NCBI RefSeq assembly: GCF_000022265.1
Contig: NC_011979.1
Coordinates: 2,520,001 to 2,552,000 of the forward strand
Length of the DNA stretch: 32,000 nucleotides
Source: Geotalea daltonii FRC-32
GTDB taxonomy: Bacteria > Desulfobacterota > Desulfuromonadia > Geobacterales > Geobacteraceae
Direction of reading: 5' to 3'
In this document: one piece after another, positions 19,353-27,684 of the stretch
Layout: each line of letters opens with the position of its first letter
Position numbering within the stretch: the first letter of the stretch is position 1
Program-made: the position numbers and the translations under genes
Notes under the pieces: generated by a model
Databases searched by the model: none
What the model saw: the letters and a program-made list of their open reading frames with translations, nothing else
Told to the model about the DNA's origin: nothing

Positions 19353-19455
19353 AATGTCTCAGGAACGGAGGAACTCGGACGGCGCATCAGGTTTAGAATG
19401 GCATGGTCGGTTGCTATTCCGTGTCTGAACATGGTTCTGATTGACACATTCATAA

Positions 19456-22194
19456 TCATTCCTGAATCATCATGCCGCCCCGTAAAAACCTGGTGAACTC
19501 CGCCTCAGGCAGTGGCGATGATAGGAGGTAGCCTTGTATCTCGTTGCAGTTCCGGGTACTGAGGAATTCAAGCTGGCTGTGGTTTTCCACTCCCTCAGCC
19601 GTAACCTTAAGATTCAAATTGTGGGCCATGGCAATGATTGCACTGACAATGGCCGTATCGTCGGGATTATTCGGTACATCGCGGATAAAAGACCGGTCTA
19701 TCTTAACCCTGTTGATCGGGAAGTTCTTGAGGTAGCTCAAGGAGGAGTATCCGGTACCGAAGTCGTCTATAGCCAGACTGACTCCCATTTCCTTCAGTTT
19801 GTGCAGGACGGTAGTGCTCTCTTCCGCCTTGGACATGAGCATGCTTTCAGTTAGCTCCAGCTCCAGTTGACTAGGCGCCAGCCCCGTTTTCTTCAGCACT
19901 GCTTCAATCAATTCAATGAATTTTTTCTGTCTGAACTGTATCCCGCACAGGTTTACCGCTACCCTGAGCGGCATAAATCCCGCATCCATCCAGGCCCTGT
20001 TTTTAGCACATGCTGTCTGGAGAGCCCATTCACCTATGGGTAGGATCAGACCGGTTTCCTCTGCCATCGGTATGAACCTTGATGGAGGAAGCAGTCCAAG
20101 GTCAGGATGCTGCCAGCGTATCAGCGCTTCCATCCCCACAAGCCGTCCACTCTTCAGGTCCATCTGCGGCTGATAGAAGATGACGAATTCATTTCGCTCC
20201 AGGGCCCTGCGAAGGCTGTTTTCCAGGATGAGATGCTCAAGCGCCTGGACATTCATCTCCCGAGAGAAGTACTGGAAGGCATTTTTTCCCTGATCTTTAG
20301 CCTTATACATGGCAAGATCTGCATTTTTAAGCAGACCTTGGACGTCAGTGCCGTCTTCAGGATAGATGGCAATGCCGATGCTGGCAGTGATGAATATCTC
20401 CTGATCATTTAAAACCAGTGGCTTGGAGATGGCCGCGAGAATTTTTTCTGCAATCTTGTTCAGATCTTCAGCATGTTCGATGGCAGAGATGATAATGACG
20501 AATTCATCCCCTCCGATTCTGGCAACCGTATCGGTTTCCCTTACGCATTCTGTCAGACGCTCGGCGACAGTGGCAAGCAGGCTGTCACCTGCCACGTGTC
20601 CCAGTGTGTCATTGATGCTTTTGAATCGGTCAAGATCAAGAAACATGATAGCAACCTTGCGATTGTCACGTACTGCCTGAACAATGCCCTGTCCTAGCCG
20701 GTCCTGGAGCAGCGAACGGTTCGGCAAACCCGTCAGGGTATCATAGTAGGCAAGTTGCTGAATCTCGTCTTCTGCCTTTTTTCGGTCGGTGATGTCCCTG
20801 ACGATTGCCAGTTCTACCTGTTTTCCCTGCCAGATTGTTCTGGCCGTAGTGACTTCAACCGGAACGCAGCTACCATTCCTATGGGCCAGCATAATTTCAA
20901 ACTGCTTGGGGACGAATTCACCTGCATCTGTTTTTGCCTTTCGTTCGATAATCATTTGCAGGTGGTCCGGGTGAATGATTGTTTCAATGGTGGTCAAAAG
21001 CATCTCTTCAACACTGTAACCGACGATCTCTGCGGCTCTCTTGTTGACATAGGCAAGATGGCTGCTGTCAGTGATTATCTGAAGGCCATCATTGGCATTG
21101 TCAGCCAGGGCTCTGAAATTGCTTTCGCTCTCTCGCAAGGCATTCTGATGCTGATCGAGTGAAAGTATCATGCTGTTGAATGCATTAATCAGTGTTCCCA
21201 GTTCATCTTTTCTTTCAAGATTGATCAGATTATGCAATCCGGATTTATCAGGGATTGCTTCCACATGGCGGGTGATGAGTGAAAGCGGTGAGGTGAGGCG
21301 TTGCATCAGAAACCAGACAAAAAGGAGGGTTACTGATGTACCGACGGCCATGACAGTAATGAAATAGATCCTGTTCGTCTTAAGTGGAGCATAGGCTTCG
21401 ACGATGGGATAACTTGCTGCTAGAATCCAATCGGTAGTTTTAAGGTGTTTGAATGAAGAGAGTGTCTCAATCCTTCTTGAGTTACGGGTTTCTCCACTTC
21501 CTTCGAATCCGGCGATTGATTTATCAAAAAGCCTGTTAATGCCCACAGGTACATCTCGGTGCATGATACGATTTTTCTCGGGATGGGCGATTATTGTACG
21601 GTGGTTATCGAAAAGGTAAACGTAACCTGTTTTACCGATCCGGGTGTGGGAGAGATCCTCAAGAAAATTCTGGCCCAGAAGGTCGAAACTCCCGCCGAAT
21701 ATGGCAGCCAGCTTTCCGTTACTGTAAATCGGCACGGTGAGCATGACACAGGGGTGCCCAGGATTATGGGTGGAGAGGTAGGGACTTGATATGACCGGCC
21801 TGCCTCTGGCCACCGTGTCTTTAAAGTAGTCGCGAAAGGAAATGTCCCGTCCACGCCGGTGCTCACGGTATGGACTCTCGGCAACAATCTTCCCTTCAGG
21901 GGAAAAGACGAAAATTGCGTTATCGAACAAAGCGAGCAGTGAATACCTGTTGTCCAGGAAGCGCTGAGCCTTATGGGAATCCCTGAGCTCTTCGAGGGTT
22001 ATATTTGCTGCAGCTGCCAATAGGGAGTTCTGGGCTATTCTGAGCTTGTCATCTACGTTTTCGGCAAGGGCACTGACGAGGGTGTATTGCTGATTTGAGA
22101 TACTCTGCTTGTATTCGCGCTCAATGTAAGAAAGGGATAGGAAGGCCAGTATTGCCAGAGAGCAGACAAAAAGGGAAGATACCGCCAGTGCCAT
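19456..22194 (-). CDS. membrane sensor, Cache-like periplasmic domain-HAMP-PAS-GGDEF-EAL
   Basis: 912 aa. Two TM segments flank a ~260-aa periplasmic domain. HAMP, then PAS. GGDEF domain with an intact RIGGDEF motif. EAL domain with EALIRW, DDFGTGYSSL and the downstream motifs intact. Confidence 0.9.
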   Translation of the reverse strand: MALAVSSLFVCSLAILAFLSLSYIEREYKQSISNQQYTLVSALAENVDDKLRIAQNSLLAAAANITLEELRDSHKAQRFLDNRYSLLALFDNAIFVFSPEGKIVAESPYREHRRGRDISFRDYFKDTVARGRPVISSPYLSTHNPGHPCVMLTVPIYSNGKLAAIFGGSFDLLGQNFLEDLSHTRIGKTGYVYLFDNHRTIIAHPEKNRIMHRDVPVGINRLFDKSIAGFEGSGETRNSRRIETLSSFKHLKTTDWILAASYPIVEAYAPLKTNRIYFITVMAVGTSVTLLFVWFLMQRLTSPLSLITRHVEAIPDKSGLHNLINLERKDELGTLINAFNSMILSLDQHQNALRESESNFRALADNANDGLQIITDSSHLAYVNKRAAEIVGYSVEEMLLTTIETIIHPDHLQMIIERKAKTDAGEFVPKQFEIMLAHRNGSCVPVEVTTARTIWQGKQVELAIVRDITDRKKAEDEIQQLAYYDTLTGLPNRSLLQDRLGQGIVQAVRDNRKVAIMFLDLDRFKSINDTLGHVAGDSLLATVAERLTECVRETDTVARIGGDEFVIIISAIEHAEDLNKIAEKILAAISKPLVLNDQEIFITASIGIAIYPEDGTDVQGLLKNADLAMYKAKDQGKNAFQYFSREMNVQALEHLILENSLRRALERNEFVIFYQPQMDLKSGRLVGMEALIRWQHPDLGLLPPSRFIPMAEETGLILPIGEWALQTACAKNRAWMDAGFMPLRVAVNLCGIQFRQKKFIELIEAVLKKTGLAPSQLELELTESMLMSKAEESTTVLHKLKEMGVSLAIDDFGTGYSSLSYLKNFPINRVKIDRSFIRDVPNNPDDTAIVSAIIAMAHNLNLKVTAEGVENHSQLEFLSTRNCNEIQGYLLSSPLPEAEFTRFLRGGMMIQE

Positions 22195-22362
22195 TGTTAT
22201 TTTAAGGCTGAGTTTCCTTATGTCAAAGTCCTTCCCGAGGTTGTTTCCAAGGAGAATACCACACCCCGTGCCGGTTAAAAAGGCTTCTCTGTTTCAATTG
22301 ATAAAACCCGGTTAATCTTATAAATCTGGACTTCTTTCCGCTGAAAGCGCTACTATGCCCAC

Positions 22363-22518
22363 ATGAGCAAAACATTCGCATCTTTTATGATACTGCTAGT
22401 TATTTCCCTTGTCTCCTTCGGCACCTGGCAGCTGTTTTTGGGCAATTTTGAGGCCGCGTTCTCCTCTGTCCCTTTTTTGCTTGCTGTCTACTTTTTCGTC
22501 AAGGTTTACCGAAAATAG
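22363..22518 (+). CDS. possible 51-aa two-TM small membrane protein (not in ORF track)
   Basis: ATG 22363 to TAG 22516-22518: MSKTFASFMILLVISLVSFGTWQLFLGNFEAAFSSVPFLLAVYFFVKVYRK. A TTGATA/ATAAAT promoter-like pair lies at 22298-22325 and a terminator 20 nt downstream. There is no convincing SD. Confidence 0.3.
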   Translation: MSKTFASFMILLVISLVSFGTWQLFLGNFEAAFSSVPFLLAVYFFVKVYRK

Positions 22519-22535
22519 CCGTCTCAATTCCTGAA

Positions 22536-22568
22536 CAAAAAAGCCCGCTTCAGCAGCGGGCTTTTTTG
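22536..22568. terminator. bidirectional rho-independent terminator
   Basis: GC-rich 8-bp stem (22542-22549 / 22555-22562), 5-nt loop, flanked by an A-run (22537-22541) and a T-run (22562-22567). It lies between the small plus-strand ORF and the minus-strand ATPase gene. Confidence 0.75.
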
Positions 22569-22582
22569 TCTGAGCATGTGGT

Positions 22583-23467
22583 TTACTTGTCGAGCAGATA
22601 CTTGCCGACCCAGTTCTTGGAGAACTGGAAGGCTGTGCGCCCGCAACGCTTACTCTTGTCATGGGACCACTGAATTGCTTCTTCTTCAAGTTCTTTGCTC
22701 CAGGGAATTTCCAGCTGCCGTTCCTTCGCGTGCCTTTCAACGCACATTCGTACTGCATGAAGATAGCGCTCCTGGGTAAATACGTGGAATGGTATCCATA
22801 ATCCGAACCGGTCAGAGAGAGAAATCTTCTCTTCCATCGCCTCACTCTGCTGCAACTCTCCATTGACGAACTTGCCGCCGATTTTGTCCGAATCATATTC
22901 GGGAATAAGGTGGCGACGATTGGACGTTACATAAATAAGAACGTTTTCCGGTGAGGAATAAACTGAACCGTCCAGGGCGCTCTTCAGCATCTTGTAACTG
23001 AGTTCACCAACTTCGAAGGTAAGGTCGTCGCAGAGAAGGATGAAGCGGTATGGTTCATCCCGAACCATCGTGAAGATGTCTGAGAGATAGACCAGGTCTT
23101 CCTTTTCCACCTGAATAATGCGCAGTCCCTCACTGGCGAATTCATTAAGCAGCGCCTTGACGATGGAGGATTTGCCTGTGCCGCGTGATCCCCAGAGCAG
23201 AGCATTGTTGGCAGGCAATCCCTTGAGAAATTGCTTGGTGTTGTTTACCAGGATCTCTTTCTGTTTTTCCACTCCCAGCAGTTCATCAAGTGTTGAAGTA
23301 TCTGTAACCTTTACCGGTTCCAGAAAACCGGAGAACGAGTGACGGCGCCAGTTTGCGGCATGGCAGGTGGACCAGTCTATTGAGGCGATTGCCTTTGGAA
23401 GCAGCATTTCAACGGAACTCAGAACGCGCTCCAGTTGGGCGACTACTTCAGGTTTCAGGGTCATCAT
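22583..23467 (-). CDS. AAA+ ATPase of the DUF815 type (function unknown)
   Basis: 294 aa. Walker A GSRGTGKSS, Walker B ILLCDDL. The overall layout (N-terminal helical region, P-loop, C-terminal helical region) is typical of DUF815 proteins as I recall them. Confidence 0.8.
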   Translation of the reverse strand: MMTLKPEVVAQLERVLSSVEMLLPKAIASIDWSTCHAANWRRHSFSGFLEPVKVTDTSTLDELLGVEKQKEILVNNTKQFLKGLPANNALLWGSRGTGKSSIVKALLNEFASEGLRIIQVEKEDLVYLSDIFTMVRDEPYRFILLCDDLTFEVGELSYKMLKSALDGSVYSSPENVLIYVTSNRRHLIPEYDSDKIGGKFVNGELQQSEAMEEKISLSDRFGLWIPFHVFTQERYLHAVRMCVERHAKERQLEIPWSKELEEEAIQWSHDKSKRCGRTAFQFSKNWVGKYLLDK

Positions 23468-23549
23468 GATTTTTTCTCTCTTCCTTTGGTAGGCTCTTTT
23501 GTTTATACAACATTTGCTGCGGGATCAAGGTGTCGGCAACGACAAAAGT

Positions 23550-23577
23550 TGTATACGTTACGGGCCGCTGCTGTCAA
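23550..23577 (-). promoter_or_regulatory. sigma-70-like promoter for the DUF815 ATPase (TTGACA-16 nt-TATACA on minus strand)
   Basis: Minus-strand TTGACA is at plus-strand 23572-23577 and TATACA at 23550-23555, with a 16-nt spacer. It lies ~80 nt upstream of ATG 23467. Confidence 0.4.
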
Positions 23578-23614
23578 ATTAAAAATTCATCCTCACCTTG
23601 TTTCTGACAGAAAT

Positions 23615-23647
23615 AAAAAAAGCCCCGCGGCTGGTGCCGGCGGGGCT
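23615..23647 (-). terminator. rho-independent terminator after the zinc-ribbon gene
   Basis: Stem AGCCCCGC (23621-23628) / GCGGGGCT (23640-23647). On the minus strand it is followed by TTTTTT (plus-strand A-run 23615-23620). It lies 19 nt past the stop at 23667. Confidence 0.7.
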
Positions 23648-23666
23648 TGATGTTTATCTGATTTTT

Positions 23667-23867
23667 TCAGGCAGCGAAGCTGTAAGAAAGGCGCGATGCA
23701 TTGCCAAGGAAAGATTTCTCCTGGGCATCCTTGACGATGTTTGCCACATTGCGATTAACCGCATATACAGAATCACAAACGGTGCATTCTCTTATTCCTT
23801 CAAAGAAACTTTCCGACTGCAAATTGATGTCTAAATGTTCATTGCTTCCGCAGACTGGACAATTCAT
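23667..23867 (-). CDS. 66-aa zinc-ribbon protein (CPxC...CxxC)
   Basis: ATG at 23867 is preceded by AGAGAGGAA. MNCPVCGSNEH...ECTVCDSVY gives two Cys pairs ~24 aa apart. It has its own promoter-like element and terminator. The upstream 26 codons of ORF 23667-23945 (TTG start, hydrophobic, AT-rich) are probably not translated. Confidence 0.55.
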   Translation of the reverse strand: MNCPVCGSNEHLDINLQSESFFEGIRECTVCDSVYAVNRNVANIVKDAQEKSFLGNASRLSYSFAA

Positions 23868-23901
23868 GTTTATTCCTCTCTTTACGTTTTTGTTTAATAA
23901 A

Positions 23902-23930
23902 ACTATAAAGAGATGTATCCCGAATTGCAA
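23902..23930 (-). promoter_or_regulatory. sigma-70-like promoter for the zinc-ribbon gene (TTGCAA-17 nt-TATAGT on minus strand)
   Basis: TTGCAA at 23925-23930 and TATAGT (plus-strand ACTATA, 23902-23907), with a 17-nt spacer. It lies ~35 nt upstream of ATG 23867. Confidence 0.4.
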
Positions 23931-24116
23931 GAAATAAAACAACAAAAAAGAAGGAAAATCAGGATGTTGTAGAAATTTTGTATTATCTGTTAATCCTGCT
24001 TTCTATTTTGTCTTCCTGTTTCATTTTTACTATCACTTCAAGTTATTGATATTACGCGTCTTTGAAATATATAATTGTGTTTTGCAATCGTTCGCTGTTT
24101 TATTTTTAACATATGA

Positions 24117-24144
24117 TTGACATTGGGCTAAAGGAAAGTAAATA
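24117..24144 (+). promoter_or_regulatory. sigma-70-like promoter for the small HTH gene (TTGACA-16 nt-TAAATA)
   Basis: TTGACA at 24117-24122 and TAAATA at 24139-24144. A second candidate, TTGATA (24046-24051)-18 nt-TATAAT (24070-24075), lies upstream. The region is AT-rich, so chance matches are possible. Confidence 0.4.
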
Positions 24145-24183
24145 GAATCATACCTATGGCGCATTGGGAGACAGGAGGATCAT

Positions 24184-24366
24184 ATGTCACTGGTCAAGAC
24201 GTGGTACACGGTGGAAGAGGCTGTAGCAAAGTTCGGCGTCGATGAAGCGCGTATTCTGGAATGGGTTACAGAGGGGCTTATACGAACAGAGGATAGCGAC
24301 GGGAAAGTGGTACGGGTGAACGGAGACGACCTGGACTTGAAGATCCAGGAATTGACGGGTATTTGA
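24184..24366 (+). CDS. 60-aa stand-alone helix-turn-helix protein (MerR/excisionase-like HTH)
   Basis: Strong SD (GGAGGA) 5 nt before the [30 protein letters not shown] resembles excisionase/MerR-type HTH. Followed at once by a 12-bp-stem hairpin. Confidence 0.65.
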   Translation: MSLVKTWYTVEEAVAKFGVDEARILEWVTEGLIRTEDSDGKVVRVNGDDLDLKIQELTGI

Positions 24367-24368
24367 GC

Positions 24369-24400
24369 CTTGGGGGGACAGTAGATTGTGTCCCCCCAAG
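24369..24400. terminator. hairpin terminator between the convergent HTH gene and fumarate hydratase
   Basis: 12-bp perfect stem CTTGGGGGGACA (24369-24380) / TGTCCCCCCAAG (24389-24400) with an 8-nt loop. The downstream sequence is TATTATATAT, which is AT-rich but not a clean T-run. Confidence 0.6.
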
Positions 24401-24415
24401 TATTATATATCAAGC

Positions 24416-26044
24416 TTACAGACCCAACTGCTTAAAGAAATCATTTCCCTTGTCATCCACCAAAATGAAAGCGGGGAAATTCTCAACTTCTATCTTCCAC
24501 ACTGCTTCCATTCCCAGTTCAGGAAAATCGATACATTCCACCTTTTTGATGTTTTCTTCGGCTAGAACTGCTGCCGGGCCACCTATGGAACCCAGATAAA
24601 AGCCGCCGTATTTCTTGCAGGCATCTGTAACCTGCTGGCTGCGGTTGCCTTTGGCTATCATCACCATTGAGCCGCCGTGGGACTGGAGCAGGTCGACGTA
24701 GGAATCCATGCGGCCGGCTGTGGTGGGACCGAAAGATCCGGAGGGTTTGCCTGCAGGGGTTTTTGCCGGACCAGCATAGTAGATGGGGTGGTTTTTCAGA
24801 TACTCGGGAAGGGGCTTGCCGCTATCGAGGATCTCCTTGAACTTGGCGTGAGCAATATCCCTGCCGACAACGATAGTACCGGACAGCAGCAGCGGTGTTG
24901 AGACAGGATGCTTGCCTAGCTCGGCGAGGATCTCCTTCATGGGCCTGTTGAGATCGATCTTGACACCGTGCTCATGTTTTCCGCGGTATTGATCGGGAAT
25001 CAGCCGCCCGGGATTCCTGTCCATCTCCTCGACAAAAAGGCCGTCTTTGGTGATCTTTGCCTTGATATTGCGGTCAGCAGAACATGAGACCGCCATGCCT
25101 ACCGGGCAGGATGCACCGTGGCGTGGCAGACGAATGACGCGAACATCGTGGGCAAAATACTTACCGCCGAACTGTGCACCGATTCCCAGCTTGTATGCCG
25201 CCTCAAGCAGCTTGTTTTCCAGCTCAACATCGCGGAAGGCCTGACCATGTTCATTGCCGCTGGTGGGCAGAGCATCCAACTCCTTTGCCGTAGCCAGCTT
25301 GACTGCTTTCATGCAGGCGTCGGCAGATGTGCCGCCGATGACGAAGGCAATGTGATATGGGGGGCATGCAGCAGTACCCAGGTATTTCATCTTCTCAATG
25401 AGATATTTTTCCAGTTTTTCCGGGGTGAGTAGTGCTTTGGTCTCTTGGTAAAGCATGGTCTTGTTGGCAGATCCCCCCCCTTTGGCCATGAAAAGGAATT
25501 TATAATAGTCGCCGTCAGTGGCCATGATGTCTATCTGGGCAGGCAGGTTGGTGCCGGTATTCACTTCCTTGTACATGTCCAGGGCAACGGTCTGTGAATA
25601 GCGGAGGTTTTCCTCTGTATATGTCTTATACACTCCTTTGGAGAGGTATTCTTCATCCTTGACCCCGGTCCAGACCTGCTGTCCCTTCTTCGCCACGATG
25701 GTTGCCGTGCCTGTATCCTGACAGATCGGAAGCTCAAACTGGGCGGCGATTTCAGCATTGCGCAGAAAGGCCATGGCCACACCCTTGTCGTTCATGGATG
25801 CCTCAGGGTCTCGGAGAATTTTGGCAACTTGCTCGTTGTGTGCAGGGCGAAGCAGGAACGAAACATCCCTCATGGCCTCATTGGCCAGAATTGTTAATGC
25901 TTCGGGGGCAACGCGAACCACATCCTTGCCTGCAAATTGCTCAACCTGCACATATTTTTCGGAGCCTTCAATCTTGCGGTAATTGGTCTCGTCTTTGCCG
26001 ACGGGGAAGGGGTCCTGATAATGAAAACTTTTAGCTGCTGCCAT
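24416..26044 (-). CDS. fumA: class I (Fe-S) fumarate hydratase, single-polypeptide FumA/FumB type
   Basis: 542 aa, colinear with my recollection of E. coli FumA from end to end: [119 protein letters not shown]. Confidence 0.93.
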   Translation of the reverse strand: MAAAKSFHYQDPFPVGKDETNYRKIEGSEKYVQVEQFAGKDVVRVAPEALTILANEAMRDVSFLLRPAHNEQVAKILRDPEASMNDKGVAMAFLRNAEIAAQFELPICQDTGTATIVAKKGQQVWTGVKDEEYLSKGVYKTYTEENLRYSQTVALDMYKEVNTGTNLPAQIDIMATDGDYYKFLFMAKGGGSANKTMLYQETKALLTPEKLEKYLIEKMKYLGTAACPPYHIAFVIGGTSADACMKAVKLATAKELDALPTSGNEHGQAFRDVELENKLLEAAYKLGIGAQFGGKYFAHDVRVIRLPRHGASCPVGMAVSCSADRNIKAKITKDGLFVEEMDRNPGRLIPDQYRGKHEHGVKIDLNRPMKEILAELGKHPVSTPLLLSGTIVVGRDIAHAKFKEILDSGKPLPEYLKNHPIYYAGPAKTPAGKPSGSFGPTTAGRMDSYVDLLQSHGGSMVMIAKGNRSQQVTDACKKYGGFYLGSIGGPAAVLAEENIKKVECIDFPELGMEAVWKIEVENFPAFILVDDKGNDFFKQLGL

Positions 26045-26259
26045 CTAAGTTTCTCCTTTCAATTGATATTTCCAGGGCAGAGTAAGCAAAACAGTTTGGG
26101 TGCTCTCGAACCTCATGCCACGGTGTCTGGAATGAAATTGTATACAGTATGCCGGAATATATTGGAAAATCTTCAATTTGTCGAGAGAGAAGTTTTCGCA
26201 CTGTTAAAAATCTCTACACCAGGAACAGTCCCAGCCTCAGCATAAATATTCAGAGTCGG

Positions 26260-26287
26260 TTGACGGGCTTGAGAGAAAGAGTAGAAT
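26260..26287 (+). promoter_or_regulatory. sigma-70-like promoter for the sulfotransferase operon (TTGACG-16 nt-TAGAAT)
   Basis: TTGACG at 26260-26265, 16-nt spacer, TAGAAT at 26282-26287. It lies ~43 nt upstream of GTG 26330, which has AGGAG 6 nt upstream. Confidence 0.45.
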
Positions 26288-26329
26288 TAAATTTGATTAA
26301 TAATATAAAGGAATCCTTAGGAGCAACCT

Positions 26330-27622
26330 GTGACTGAACCATCAAGCCTGACAAGTCAGCTCAATAGCAATGTCTTCTTTAAACCTGGTTATATCAGGAT
26401 GTCCAGGCTCTTGACCGGTATCAACTCCGTAAACAATTTTTTTCAGAAAAAAGGATACGAATTTTTAAAGCTCGAATCCCGTGCCCTGATAAATAAATGC
26501 ATCAGGCGAACGGGGCTTGATGATTTCGGTGGTGAAGATTTTTGCCATCCCCTCTCTGTTCTTCTGCAGTCCTTCGAATCAGATGCAGACTTGAACCTGT
26601 TTGGGCGCATCAGTGTCTATTCCGAAATAATCAGGATGCTGTGCAACAGGCTTCTCATGGTGGCTGACCGCAAGCGGTTTCCGCAGATCGACAGTGAGCG
26701 CATAGTTCGCCCTCTTTTCATCACCGGTTTGCCGCGAAGTGGAACGACTTTTCTGCATGCGCTACTGGCGCAGGATCCAAAATGCCGGGCGCCGCAGGTT
26801 TGGGAAGTGATGCATCCTTCACCGCCGCCTGAAACAGCCTCCTATTCTTCTGATCCGCGCATTGCAAAGACGGGCAAGGAACTAAGATGGCTGGACATCC
26901 TGATTCCATACTTCAAAAGGGTTCATCTCATTCATGAGCGTTATCCACAGGAATGTATTGCCATAACCAGTCATGCTTTCATGAGCTATGTTTTCGAATC
27001 GATGTATCATGTTTCCTCATACCGCATTTGGCATGACAAGCAGGATAAACGTCCGGTTTACGAGTTTCACCGCTGGTTTTTACAGCATCTGCAGTGGCGT
27101 TCGCCGGGAACCCACTGGGTCCTCAAGGCACCAAGCCACCTGATGGCGCTGGAGTCGTTACTGGATGTATATCCGGATGCAGATATTGTCGTCACCCATC
27201 GTGATCCCCTTAAAGTACTCCCCTCGTGTGCAAGCTTTACCCGGGTGTTGCGTGAACCATTTACCAATGGACTAGACAACAAGAAAATTGGCATTGAAGT
27301 GAGCAGCCGCTGGGAAGGGAGCGCCTGGCACTCCTTGCAGTTCCGCCAAAGCAGACCTCACCTGCAGAAACGTTTCTTCGATGTAAATTTCACAGACCTG
27401 GAGAGGGACCCAATGTCAGTTGTCAATGGTATTTACCGTCATTTTGGCCGAGAAATAGACAGCAGTGCTGAGTTGGCCATGAAAACGTTTATTGCCGGTA
27501 ATCCAAAGGACAAGAATGGCGCCCATCATTATTCTCTGGAAGAATTCGGTCTTGACCGGGAAACCGAAAAAAGGCGTTTCCAGTTTTACATGGATCACTA
27601 CTCTATTCCTCCTGAAATGTGA
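26330..27622 (+). CDS. sulfotransferase family protein (PAPS-dependent type)
   Basis: 430 aa. 5'-phosphosulfate-binding loop GLPRSGTTFLHALL after a ~130-aa N-terminal region. KAPSH motif. 3'-phosphate-binding-like VVTHRDPLKVLPS. GTG start with AGGAG SD. Confidence 0.8.
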   Translation: MTEPSSLTSQLNSNVFFKPGYIRMSRLLTGINSVNNFFQKKGYEFLKLESRALINKCIRRTGLDDFGGEDFCHPLSVLLQSFESDADLNLFGRISVYSEIIRMLCNRLLMVADRKRFPQIDSERIVRPLFITGLPRSGTTFLHALLAQDPKCRAPQVWEVMHPSPPPETASYSSDPRIAKTGKELRWLDILIPYFKRVHLIHERYPQECIAITSHAFMSYVFESMYHVSSYRIWHDKQDKRPVYEFHRWFLQHLQWRSPGTHWVLKAPSHLMALESLLDVYPDADIVVTHRDPLKVLPSCASFTRVLREPFTNGLDNKKIGIEVSSRWEGSAWHSLQFRQSRPHLQKRFFDVNFTDLERDPMSVVNGIYRHFGREIDSSAELAMKTFIAGNPKDKNGAHHYSLEEFGLDRETEKRRFQFYMDHYSIPPEM

Positions 27623-27684
27623 ATCAGGTCTTTCAGGTAAACATAAGGGGCATATGCTCATTACTGACCAGGTCGGTGGGTTCC

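Noticed and set aside
22396-22896. 166-aa minus-strand ORF overlapping the 3' end of the DUF815 gene and running through the terminator and the small plus-strand ORF.
   Set aside because: It is out of frame with the well-supported ATPase gene, crosses a strong bidirectional terminator hairpin, and its product is basic and low-complexity.
26149-26337. 62-aa plus-strand ORF in the fumA/sulfotransferase intergenic region.
   Set aside because: It has no SD. It runs straight through the predicted promoter, SD and start codon of the sulfotransferase gene. The region is AT-rich, where chance ORFs are common.
27326-27339. Sigma-54-like TGGCAC...TTGCA element, checked because rpoN is in the window.
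   Set aside because: The spacer between TGGCAC and TTGC is 3 nt rather than the required 5, and the element lies inside the sulfotransferase coding sequence. Other TGGCAC/TGGCAT hits (near 3899, 11266, 28338 and 31358) lack a correctly spaced TTGC.
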